Assembly: GCA_963715955.1 (NCBI GenBank)
Contig: CAVQSQ010000012.1
Coordinates: forward strand, 211,050 to 275,049
DNA: 64,000 bases
Origin: Candidatus Sulfomarinibacteraceae bacterium
Lineage (GTDB): Bacteria > Acidobacteriota > Thermoanaerobaculia > Thermoanaerobaculales > Sulfomarinibacteraceae
Direction of reading: 5' to 3'
Below the pieces are notes generated by a model. The model saw only the letters and a program-made list of their open reading frames with translations, was not told the origin of the DNA and did no database searches. Of the stretch, positions 8,576-17,154 are shown piece by piece (positions within the stretch are counted from its first letter, which is position 1; every line of letters begins with the position of its first letter). The position numbers were made by a program, and so were the translations under genes.

Positions 8576-10793
8576 ATGTGGATGGGGGGTTCACAAATGC
8601 GCATCGTGCTATCGATTCTCCTTGTAATGCTACCGACCTTGATCGGCCACGCCGGCGAGGGCATGTGGCTGCCCGATCAGCTGCCGAAGCTCGGCGACCA
8701 ACTGGAGGCCGCGGGCCTCGACACACCACCCGAGGATTTTGCCGACCTCACCGGGCAGCCGATGGGGGCGATCGTGTCGCTCGGCGGTTGTTCGGCGTCG
8801 TTCGTTTCACCCCGAGGGCTGGTGGTGACCAACCACCACTGCGCCTACGGGACCATCCAGTACAACTCGACCGAGGACAAGAACCTGCTCACCGACGGTT
8901 TTCTGGCCGCCACCCCGGCCGATGAACTGGCGGCGGCGCCGGGATCGAGGATCTACGTGACGTTGGCCGTTGCAGACGTGACGGAAACGATCGCGTCGGC
9001 GGTGCCGGACGGCGCCGACGGATCCGCTCGTTTCGCGGCGATCGAAGAGGCCGAGAAGAAAGCTCATCGCTCAATGCGAGGAGACCCCCGGCCACCGCTG
9101 CAAGGTCGCTTCGTTCCACGGCGGCGCCGAGTACCGCCTCTACGACCAGCTCGAGATTCGCGACGTCCGTCTGGCCTACGCTCCGCCCTCTTCGATCGGC
9201 AAGTACGGCGGCGATATCGACAACTGGATGTGGCCCCGCCACACCGGAGATTTCTCGTTTCTGAGGGCGTGGGTGGGGCCTGACGGCCAACCCGCCGACC
9301 CCTCGCCGGACAACGTCCCGTTCCAACCGAAGCACTGGCTGCGGATCGGAACCGATGGCGTCGACACCGGTGATTTCGTGATGGTGGTCGGCTTTCCCGG
9401 CAGGACCAACCGCTACCGCCTGGCTTCGGAAGTGGCGGACGCGATCGAGTGGACCTACCCGCAGCGGGTCGCCAGCCGCCAGGAGAGCCTCGATATCATC
9501 GCCGCCGAGACCGCCGGCCGGCCCGATGCGGCCATCGCCTACGCGGCCACCGAGTCCTACCTCAACAACAGCCTCAAAAACGGCCAGGGCATGCTGGCAG
9601 GATTTGCGCACTCGAACTCGGTCGCCAGCAAACAGGCTCTCGAGGCCGAGTTCGCGGCCTGGATCGCCGCCGATGCCGAACGCCAGGCTGCCTGGGGCGG
9701 CGCTCTCGAGGAGGTCGAGGCCATCCTCGAGGAGCAACGGGCCCACCGCGCGCGCGACCAGGAGCTCTCGTCATTCAACTACAACCAACTGGTGTCGGCC
9801 TCGTGGATGGCCTACCGCCTCGCCCGCGAACGCGAAAAGCCCGATGCCGACCGCAAACCCGGCTACCAGGACCGCGACACGGACCGCATCAAGGCCCGGA
9901 TCAAGCGCTCGGCGCGAAGCTTCGACGCCCAGGTCGACATGGCCCTGATGCAGGACACCCTCGAAGACTACGCGGCGCTGCCGGAGTCGGAGCGACTGGT
10001 GGTCCTCGACGAGTGGTTCGGTCTCGGCGGCGACGTGCCGGCCTCGGAGTCCATCGCGTCCACCCTTCACCGCATGTACATGGCCACCGACCTCACCGAC
10101 CCCGAGGCCCGGATGGCGCTGCTCGATGCGGACCGCGCCACGTTGGAAGCCAGTGAAGACCCCTTCGTGGAGCTGGCCGTCGCCATGTATGACACCAAAC
10201 TCGCCCTGGAGGCCGAGGAGGAGATGCTCGACGGGCAGCTCCTCGAGGCGCGACCGCGGTACATGGAGGCGCTGCTGGCGTTCCAGGCCGACCGGGGCGT
10301 CGAGATCTACGCGGACGCCAACAGCACCTTGCGGGTGACCTTCGGCAACGTTCAGGGTTATGTGCCGCAGGACGCGGTGATCTACCTCCCCTTCACCACC
10401 GCCGAGGGCGTCGCGGCCAAGGCCACCGGCAAAGAGCCCTTCGACGCCCCGCAGGCCCTGCTCGAAGCGGTGGCCGAACGCGACTTCGGGCCCTACGCCT
10501 CCGACTCCATCAGAACCCTTCCGGTGAACTTCCTCTCCGACGTCGACACCACCGGCGGCAATTCCGGGTCGGCCACCATCGACAGCCAGGGCCGTCTGGT
10601 CGGGCTGCTCTTCGACGGCAACTGGGAGAGCATGATCGCGGACTGGGATTTCCTGCCCGAGGTGACGCGGTCCATCCACGTCGACGTCCGCTACGTCCTG
10701 TGGGTGATGGACCGCATCGATCACGCCTGGAATCTGTTGCAGGAGATGGGGGTCGAACCCGCCTTCAGGCCGACGGAGGGCGCCACCGACTAG
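8576..10793 (+). CDS. S46 family dipeptidyl-peptidase (DPP7/DPP11-like); split by a 1-nt frame break near 9059-9061
   Basis: GMWLPDQLP...GCSASFVSPRGLVVTNHHCA in frame 2. Frame 3 continues LIAQCEETPGHRCKVASFHGGAEYRLYDQLEIRDVRLAYAPPSSIGKYGGDIDNWMWPRHTGDFSF...GGNSGS. A signal peptide is present, and MRIVLS at 8597 is an alternative start. Confidence 0.85.
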
Positions 10794-10803
10794 CGCCGGA
10801 GAG

Positions 10804-10995
10804 ATGACCTACAACTTCGACCCCGAGCGTTGGTACGAGTCCCACCGCGCCGCCCTCGAAGGGCGGCGCGACCGGGGCGAGATCGGCGAAAGGGAGTTCA
10901 CCGCAGAGCTTCGGGACCTCGAGCGTCGGTACGAAGAAATGCTCGACCGCCTCGACGGCACGTTCACCATTCCCACGAGACCGACGAAACCGTAG
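10804..10995 (+). CDS. small hypothetical protein (63 aa)
   Basis: The ORF starts 10 nt after the S46 stop. It is charged and helical (ERWYESHRAALEGRRDRGEIGEREF...). There is no homology evidence. Confidence 0.4.
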   Translation: MTYNFDPERWYESHRAALEGRRDRGEIGEREFTAELRDLERRYEEMLDRLDGTFTIPTRPTKP

Positions 10996-11028
10996 CCAGC
11001 GCCGCAGAGCACCGCACCCTTTTCATGC

Positions 11029-11300
11029 CGACCGAGGGTGTGCAACACCTCTCTTCTCTCTGTCATCCCGACCGAGGGTGCGCAACACCTCTCTTCTCTC
11101 TGTCATCCCGACCGAGGGTGCGCAACACCTGCAACACCTCTCTTCTCTCTGTCATCCCGACCGAGGGAGCGCAACACCTCTCTTCTCTCTGTCATCCCGA
11201 CCGAGGGAGCGCAACACCTCTCTTCTCTCTGTCATCCCGACCGAGGGAGCGCAACACCTCTCTTCTCTCTGTCATCCCGACCGAGGGAGCGCAGCGACCG
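11029..11300. repeat. 40-bp minisatellite, about 6 copies (unit CGACCGAGGG(T/A)GCGCAACACCTCTCTTCTCTCTGTCATCC)
   Basis: Head-to-tail copies can be read directly. One copy carries a 9-bp internal duplication (GCAACACCT). There are no unique spacers. Confidence 0.9.
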
Positions 11301-11395
11301 AGCGGAGGGATCTGGGCCGCACTTCGCGGATCGGCGCTATCTGGAATCGACGCCCTGAGCGAGCACAGCAAGTCGAAGAGATCCCTCCGCTACGG

Positions 11396-11512
11396 CCCTG
11401 CGGGCCTTCGGTCGGGATGACAGGAATAGGAAGACCCTGCGGGCCTTCGGTCGGGATGACAGGAATAGGAAGACCCTGCGGGCCTTCGGTCGGGACGACA
11501 GGAAAAGGGCGC
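11396..11512. repeat. 39-bp minisatellite, 3 copies, carrying the inverted core of the 11029-11300 array
   Basis: Unit CCCTGCGGGCCTTCGGTCGGGATGACAGGAATAGGAAGA. The core CCTTCGGTCGGGATGAC is the reverse complement of GTCATCCCGACCGAGGG from the left array. Confidence 0.9.
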
Positions 11513-11567
11513 TCCTCTGTTCGAGATTCGTTCGCGGATACTCGTCGCGTGCGGCGGAGGTGCCGGA

Positions 11568-11622
11568 GACGTTCAACGTTCCAACGTTCCAACGTTCCAA
11601 CGTTTGAACGTTGCGACGTTGG
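11568..11622. repeat. 8-bp AACGTT-containing microsatellite ((C)CAACGTT, about 6 copies)
   Basis: Sequence gttcaacgttccaacgttccaacgttccaacgtttgaacgttgcgacgttgg. A shorter copy lies at 17129-17160. Confidence 0.8.
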
Positions 11623-11665
11623 ATACAACGTCGCGGTGGTGCCGGATTGCGCGTATGGTGGGCGG

Positions 11666-12586
11666 GTGAGCCGCGAAACCCGCCTCGGCCTTCTCTACGC
11701 CGCCAGCGCTTTTCTGATCTGGGGTCTGACTCCGGTCTACTGGAAGCTGCTGGTGCAGGTCCCGGCTGCGGAGATTCTCGCCCACCGGATCGTGTGGGGA
11801 CTGGTCGTGGTCGCCGGATGGATGAGTCTTCGCGGTCGCTGGCCCGAGCTCGCGGCCGGAGTCAGACAGCCGCGGACGGTGGCGGCTCTGGCTGCGTCAA
11901 CGGTGTTCATCGCCGTCAACTGGGGCCTCTTCGTGTGGGCCGTCAACAACGACCGGGTGCTCGCCACCTCGCTGGGTTACTACATCAATCCGCTGGTCAA
12001 CGTCGTGCTCGGCCTCGTGGTGCTCGGCGAACGGCTCAACCGGCGCCAGTGGATCGCGGTCTCGCTGGCCGCGGCCGCCGTCACCATCCTGACGATCGCC
12101 CAGGGTCGCCTGCCGTGGATCTCGCTGGTACTGGCTTTCTCGTTCGCCCTCTACGGTCTGCTCCGAAAGACGGTTCGGGTCGATGCGGTGGTCGGTCTCT
12201 CCTTCGAGACCATGGCCCTGGCGCCCATCGCCGCAGCTTTCCTGCTGTACCAGAAAGCTCGCGGAGAGGCGGCCTTCGGCAGCCAGACTGTGGGGATCGA
12301 CGTGCTGCTGGTGGCTGCCGGTGCGGTCACGGTTGTCCCCCTCATCCTCTTCACCCTCGGCGTGCGCCGGCTCCCTCTCTCGACGGCGGGTCTGATGCAG
12401 TACATCGCTCCGACGTGCACATTCATACTCGCCGTGTTTCTCTACAACGAGACCTTCAGCGCCGCCCACGCCGTCAGCTTCATCCTCATCTGGACTGCGC
12501 TCGGAATCTACACCTTCGATCTCCGGCAGCGGTTGCGCGATCGCCCGCGATCGACAACCGTCGCCGATCCTCCCGTCCGCGCCTGA
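11666..12586 (+). CDS. rarD: EamA/DMT transporter RarD
   Basis: GLLYAASAFLIWGLTPVYWKLL...SLGYYINPLVNVVLG...LYGLLRK matches the RarD pattern. GTG start at 11666. The N-terminal part of the 502-aa track ORF is a translation of the minisatellites. Confidence 0.85.
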   Translation: MSRETRLGLLYAASAFLIWGLTPVYWKLLVQVPAAEILAHRIVWGLVVVAGWMSLRGRWPELAAGVRQPRTVAALAASTVFIAVNWGLFVWAVNNDRVLATSLGYYINPLVNVVLGLVVLGERLNRRQWIAVSLAAAAVTILTIAQGRLPWISLVLAFSFALYGLLRKTVRVDAVVGLSFETMALAPIAAAFLLYQKARGEAAFGSQTVGIDVLLVAAGAVTVVPLILFTLGVRRLPLSTAGLMQYIAPTCTFILAVFLYNETFSAAHAVSFILIWTALGIYTFDLRQRLRDRPRSTTVADPPVRA

Positions 12587-12611
12587 CGGGCGCCTGAGGG
12601 TCTCGATCGAT

Positions 12612-12929
12612 ATGCCGACACCATTCCCACCATCGGCGGCGGCATTTTCGTCTCGACCACTTTACGATCCGGTTTCAGGACATATATTGGTAGAAGGCGA
12701 CCGACTTCGACTCGACAAGGGGGCCACCATGAGATCCACCGTCGAAATCAGCGAAATCGTCTGTCCGAAATGCGGCGAGGAGTTCGCAGACTGGCGCGCC
12801 GTGACGCTCCCGTCGAGTGGTTCAACGACCTGCCCGAGTTGCGGTTTCGACATTTCGTCCGACCCGTTGGCCTACGAAGAAGGGCTCTGGAGTCTCGATC
12901 TTTCTGGAGGAGAGAGCGGAGAGGCGTGA
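12612..12929 (+). CDS. small zinc-ribbon protein (hypothetical)
   Basis: CPKCG...CPSCG pair. The more likely start is the ATG at 12729 (MRSTVEISEIV...). Confidence 0.45.
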   Translation: MPTPFPPSAAAFSSRPLYDPVSGHILVEGDRLRLDKGATMRSTVEISEIVCPKCGEEFADWRAVTLPSSGSTTCPSCGFDISSDPLAYEEGLWSLDLSGGESGEA

Positions 12930-12959
12930 CGGCCGCACCGGCTGCCAACGACCTTGGAG

Positions 12960-13140
12960 TCAGCCTCTTGCAAAATCACCCGAAGTGAAAAGAATCGCGG
13001 CATGATGACCCTGAGAAGGGAGGGGATAAACCCCTCCCCTACGGCTGTTATGGACGGCATCCGTTCCCACAACCGATTCTGAACACCGTAGGGGCGGGGT
13101 TTATCCCCGCCCGCTCATGTCGAATTCTGCAAGAGGCTCA
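12960..13140 (+). repeat. MITE-like element, copy 1 of 3 (TIR GAGCCTCTTGCA; two internal GTAG-headed hairpins)
   Basis: Ends TCAGCCTCTTGCAAAA ... TGCAAGAGGCTCA. Internal hairpins GGGAGGGGATAAACCCCTCCCCTAC and GTAGGGGCGGGGTTTATCCCCGCCC. About 85-90 percent identical by eye to 52971-53151. Confidence 0.85.
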
Positions 13141-13154
13141 AGTGTCAGCCGGTG

Positions 13155-13715
13155 TCACTGCCAGCTGACGCGGTACCTGCAGACCTCTGAACCGCGAGCG
13201 CGGCACTCTTCCTCGAAAACACGCGGGTTGACGGCGCCGCACATCTCGAGCGCTTTCTTGTACCAACCGATCACCGTCAGGCAGTCCGCCTTCGAAAAGG
13301 TCTCGGCATCGTAGGTGGTGAGCACGCCTTCCTTCTCGCCGGTCTTTTCGTATTCGCGCCGCCCCACCTGGTAGTACATTCGGTAGATCTGCGGCGCTTT
13401 GCCGAGGAAGGCGTGCGGGTCGCCGGGAGCCAGGAAGGCCGCGTGGACCGTCCCGAGGTTCTTTTCGGCCGAGGACTCGCCAAGCCGTTCGAAATACGAA
13501 AGGCTGCCCTTCCCCAGGACCTGAACGATGGCGTCGTCCAGCCTCTTGCCGATCTCGAACGGCAGCCACGCCACCGGCACCACGTTGTGGAGGACCTTCT
13601 GATCCTCGGGGCTCAGACTTTCGATCACCTTCGCCATGGCGTCGTCGCCGCCTTGTTCGCGAACGAATTCCAGCCTCGACCTCAGCACGGAACCCTTGAC
13701 CTTTTGCTCGTTCAT
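13155..13715 (-). CDS. DUF2378 (TIGR02265) / V4R-like family protein
   Basis: KGSVLRSRLEFVREQGGDD...VAWLPFEIGKRLDDAIV...ECRARGSEVCRYRVSW. The family assignment is from memory of the pattern. Confidence 0.65.
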   Translation of the reverse strand: MNEQKVKGSVLRSRLEFVREQGGDDAMAKVIESLSPEDQKVLHNVVPVAWLPFEIGKRLDDAIVQVLGKGSLSYFERLGESSAEKNLGTVHAAFLAPGDPHAFLGKAPQIYRMYYQVGRREYEKTGEKEGVLTTYDAETFSKADCLTVIGWYKKALEMCGAVNPRVFEEECRARGSEVCRYRVSWQ

Positions 13716-13852
13716 CTATTCATTCTACATGCCTCTCGCCGCGACAATGGTCGGTGGAAACGAACCGCCGGCACGAAAGCAGAAAATGAGCTATTATTTG
13801 AACCGATTCTCAATCTCTGAAATTGTACAAATGCTGACGAGGGGTCCGGGGC

Positions 13853-14620
13853 GTGACGATGACTCGACAACAACGCAGCAAGGGCGGAGGCCGTTCGACG
13901 CTGATGGCGTGTCTCGTCACGGTCTGCGGGATCGTTCCCGCGATCGCCCAGATCCCCGCTCCGTCGAGCTACCCCTCGCCCTCTCCGTCCCCCACACCGA
14001 CTCCACCACCGCCCGGAGCGATCGCCATCGAGGTGGTCTTGACGGGAGGCAGGAAACCACTGCCCGGAGACGACTCGGTGGCGTGGATACCGACGCTGAA
14101 ATCGACCGGGGCGGGCAACGGCCACGTCAAAATCGCCCAGAACAAGAAACAGTTCGAACCGCGGATCGCGGTGGTCTCGACCGGTTCGACGGTTGAGTTC
14201 CCGAACTACGACCGCGTTTTTCACAACGTCTTCAGCCTTTCAAAGCCGCAGCCATTCGATCTCGGGCTGTATCGTCGGGGAAAATCGGAGTCCGTCAACT
14301 TTCGACAGCCGGGGTTGATTCAGATCTACTGCAACATCCACCCTCACATGGTCGCCTATCTGATGGTGGTCGATTCCCGGCGCCACGGCGCGGCCGACGC
14401 CGACGGCCGCATCACCCTCCGCGACATCCCACCCGGTCCGACCGCGGTCGAAGGCTGGAACGTGCGCAGCGGCATGTGGTCGCGCGAGGTCACGGTGCGT
14501 CCCGGACGTACCGTCGCACTTTCGGTCGAGCTCGATATCTCGAGTTGGCGCGAGGCCCCCCACCTCAACAAGTACGGGAAGGAGTATCCACCCCCAGATG
14601 ACGACGAATTCCGATACTGA
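13853..14620 (+). CDS. exported cupredoxin-fold protein with amicyanin-like type-1 copper ligand pattern
   Basis: Signal peptide plus a Pro/Ser/Thr linker. FHNVFS ... YCNIHPHM gives the ligand set His plus Cys-x2-His-x2-Met. The C-terminal part looks like a beta-sandwich. Confidence 0.7.
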   Translation: MTMTRQQRSKGGGRSTLMACLVTVCGIVPAIAQIPAPSSYPSPSPSPTPTPPPPGAIAIEVVLTGGRKPLPGDDSVAWIPTLKSTGAGNGHVKIAQNKKQFEPRIAVVSTGSTVEFPNYDRVFHNVFSLSKPQPFDLGLYRRGKSESVNFRQPGLIQIYCNIHPHMVAYLMVVDSRRHGAADADGRITLRDIPPGPTAVEGWNVRSGMWSREVTVRPGRTVALSVELDISSWREAPHLNKYGKEYPPPDDDEFRY

Positions 14621-16769
14621 CGTCACGCTCAAGGTCTCCGAAGACCACATCGACACCGTTGCCGCCGTCGAGCCGGCACGACGGACCGGCGCCGGTCGGC
14701 CGACCCCGAAGCGTCGGGGGCTGGGGCTTGCCGCTCAGTTCTTCCTGCTCGCGGCCGCCCTGCTCATCCTCACGCTCGGCCTCACCGTGGCGATCGCTTC
14801 CTGGCGGTCTGAACAGGTCGCGGAACAGACCATCCGTGAAGACCTCGCGCGCGTCCCCGAGGTGTGGGCGGGGTACTCGCTGACACGATCCAGCGCGCTC
14901 CTCGAACAGGTTCGATCGCTCGCGCGGGAACCCGGCACCCTTGCCATTTTCGCCGACGAGGTGGATCTCTCGACGCGGCTCAGTTTCGCCACCGAGGACG
15001 CGCCGCAGATGCTCCGGGAGGCGAGCACGATCTTCCTCTTCGATCGCTACAGCGGGGTGCTGGCCCGGTCCGACCGCCCGGACGGGAGCGGCGTCGGCCA
15101 GCCCTTCGCCGGCGTCGGTTGGGTCGCCTCGGTTCTCGACACCTGGCAGGGCACCACGGCGTACATCCGCGAAAAAGACTCGCTCGCCATGGTCGCAGCA
15201 GCGCCGGTCATTGCCGGCGAAGGAGACGGCGCACAGCTGCAGGGGGTCCTGGCGGTGACCTTTCCGATCGGAGAAGAGGCCCTCGCCGGACTTCAGCTCC
15301 TGACCCGCGGAGAGGTCGCGATCGTCGCCGACATGGCGCGCCGCGGTGAGGCGCCCCAACCGGCCCTCAGCGCCGCCAATCCCGGCGCCGACGGCGCCGC
15401 GCTGGTCGCTGCACTGGCAAACTCACCCGACGCCTTCGACGCGGTGTTTCTGGACGGAGCTGTCTACGGGCCGGTGACGGTCGGGCAAGCCGCCGATGCG
15501 AGCGAGGTCCTGGCGGTCCCGATTTTCAATTCCTCCGGGGAGAGTCTGGCAGCGCTGCTCGTGGCGCGATCGCGGGCGGAAGAGATGGCCTCCTTCTACG
15601 CCATCCGCCGCGGCCTCGTCATCGCCGGCGCTGTGATGTTGTTGCTCTCGCTGCCGATTTCCTTCCTCCTCGGCCGGCGCGTCGCCAAACCGCTCGAGAA
15701 GCTGGCCCGAGGGGCGGAGTTGATTCGCGACGGGCGCCTCGACGTCGAACTCCCCGAATCCGGCGGCGGCGAGGTCGGGGTCCTGGCCGGCGCCTTCGCC
15801 GCCATGGTCGAGGAGTTGCGGGAGAAGGACGCCCTCGAGCAGCTGGTGGCCGACATGCGGTCGCGCTCGGCCGACAGCGGATCCGCAGACACCCAGGCGG
15901 CCCCAGCGCCGGCCTCGATTGCCCGCGACGCGCGATTGCCCGCTCTCGGCGAGGTCTTCGGCGACCGCTACAAGATCCGTTCGGAGCTCGGGCGAGGCGG
16001 GATGGGTGTCGTCTTCCGCGCATCGGATCTCGAGCTCGAGGAAGATGTCGCCCTCAAGGTGATGCGACCCGAGGCCTTTGCGGAGGCCACCGATGGGGTC
16101 GCCAAACTCAAACAGGAAGTGCGCCTGGCACGGCGGATCTCCCACCCCAACGTGATCCGGGTCCACGACCTCGTGGAGGCTGGCGGTCTGCGCTGTCTGT
16201 CGATGGAATTCGTGCCCGGCACGACCCTTCTCGACGTCCTCAAACAACACGGCGGACTCCGTCTCGCACCCGGTCTCCAGGTCGCCAAACAGCTCTGCCG
16301 CGGTCTGACCGCCGTCCACACAGAGGGCATCGTCCACCGCGACCTCAAACCCCAGAATGTGATGGTCCTGCCCAACGGTGTGGTCAAGCTCATGGACTTC
16401 GGCGTCTCGAGCGGCCTCAAGAGCGCCGGGACCACCGACGACGGCGTGGTGGTCGGGACGCCCGCCTACATGAGCCCCGAACAGTGCCGCGGCCTCGACC
16501 TTGATTTCCGGAGCGATCTCTACAGTCTCGGGATCGTCCTCTGGGAGATGTTCGCGGGCAAGATCCCGTTCAGCGGTACCACCGTCGGTTCATTGATCCA
16601 ACAACAGCTGAACTCCGCTGCACCACCCCTCAGGGGCGCTCGTGCGGACATCCCCCCGGAACTCGAACAGGTGGTCATGGCGTGTCTCGCCAAGGACCCC
16701 GAACAGCGACCGGCATCGGCCAGCCTGGTCTACCAGAGTCTCAGGGACGTGCTCGTGACCGATTGGTAA
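14598..16769 (+). CDS. transmembrane sensor Ser/Thr protein kinase (periplasmic sensor domain, HAMP, kinase)
   Basis: GRGGMGVVFRA, VALKV, HRDLKPQNVMV, DFG and TPAYMSPE kinase motifs. TM helix, about 270-aa extracytoplasmic segment, second TM helix, then HAMP (RRVAKPLEKLARGAELIRDGRLD). The start overlaps the upstream gene by 23 nt. Confidence 0.9.
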   Translation: MTTNSDTDVTLKVSEDHIDTVAAVEPARRTGAGRPTPKRRGLGLAAQFFLLAAALLILTLGLTVAIASWRSEQVAEQTIREDLARVPEVWAGYSLTRSSALLEQVRSLAREPGTLAIFADEVDLSTRLSFATEDAPQMLREASTIFLFDRYSGVLARSDRPDGSGVGQPFAGVGWVASVLDTWQGTTAYIREKDSLAMVAAAPVIAGEGDGAQLQGVLAVTFPIGEEALAGLQLLTRGEVAIVADMARRGEAPQPALSAANPGADGAALVAALANSPDAFDAVFLDGAVYGPVTVGQAADASEVLAVPIFNSSGESLAALLVARSRAEEMASFYAIRRGLVIAGAVMLLLSLPISFLLGRRVAKPLEKLARGAELIRDGRLDVELPESGGGEVGVLAGAFAAMVEELREKDALEQLVADMRSRSADSGSADTQAAPAPASIARDARLPALGEVFGDRYKIRSELGRGGMGVVFRASDLELEEDVALKVMRPEAFAEATDGVAKLKQEVRLARRISHPNVIRVHDLVEAGGLRCLSMEFVPGTTLLDVLKQHGGLRLAPGLQVAKQLCRGLTAVHTEGIVHRDLKPQNVMVLPNGVVKLMDFGVSSGLKSAGTTDDGVVVGTPAYMSPEQCRGLDLDFRSDLYSLGIVLWEMFAGKIPFSGTTVGSLIQQQLNSAAPPLRGARADIPPELEQVVMACLAKDPEQRPASASLVYQSLRDVLVTDW

Positions 16770-16859
16770 CCTTCAGGCGTATTGTTCATCCCGAATTCCG
16801 TGGGGTGAAGAAAAGTCGACGACGTCGATCGAGGACACGAACACGACCATCAGACCGTG

Positions 16860-17085
16860 ATGTGAGCCGCGGAGTGGCGATAGAGAATAGCCTGGGGCGT
16901 GAGCCCCGGGGTTTTCGGGTTCTCTATTGAACCGAGCCCCGGAGGGGCGACAGATCAAGGCCGCGATGGAGTTTGTCCGTGTCGATGTTGAACACCTGTC
17001 GCCGCTCCGCGGCTTGGAAAATTTTTTTCCCATGTTCCTGGGGCTCACGCCCCAGGCTACAGCCTGTCGCTCCTTCGGAGCTCGC
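16860..17085. repeat. composite of short GC-rich hairpin modules (family shared with 55385-55625)
   Basis: Modules GAGCC(S)CGGAG(K)GGCGA(C/T)A at 16864 and 16934, with their complements at 16997 and 17065. CCTGGGGCGTGAGCCCCGG at 16891, with its complement at 17038. Confidence 0.8.
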
Positions 17086-17154
17086 GTCCAGCAATCCTCA
17101 GACCCCACGTCTTTCTGGATGGGCCGTACTTTCAACGTTTCAACGTTCCAACGT

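Noticed and set aside
11029-11512. Regularly spaced 39-40-bp repeats that look superficially like a CRISPR array
   Set aside because: The units abut head to tail with no unique spacers between them. The repeat content is the whole period, and no cas genes are present. These are minisatellites.
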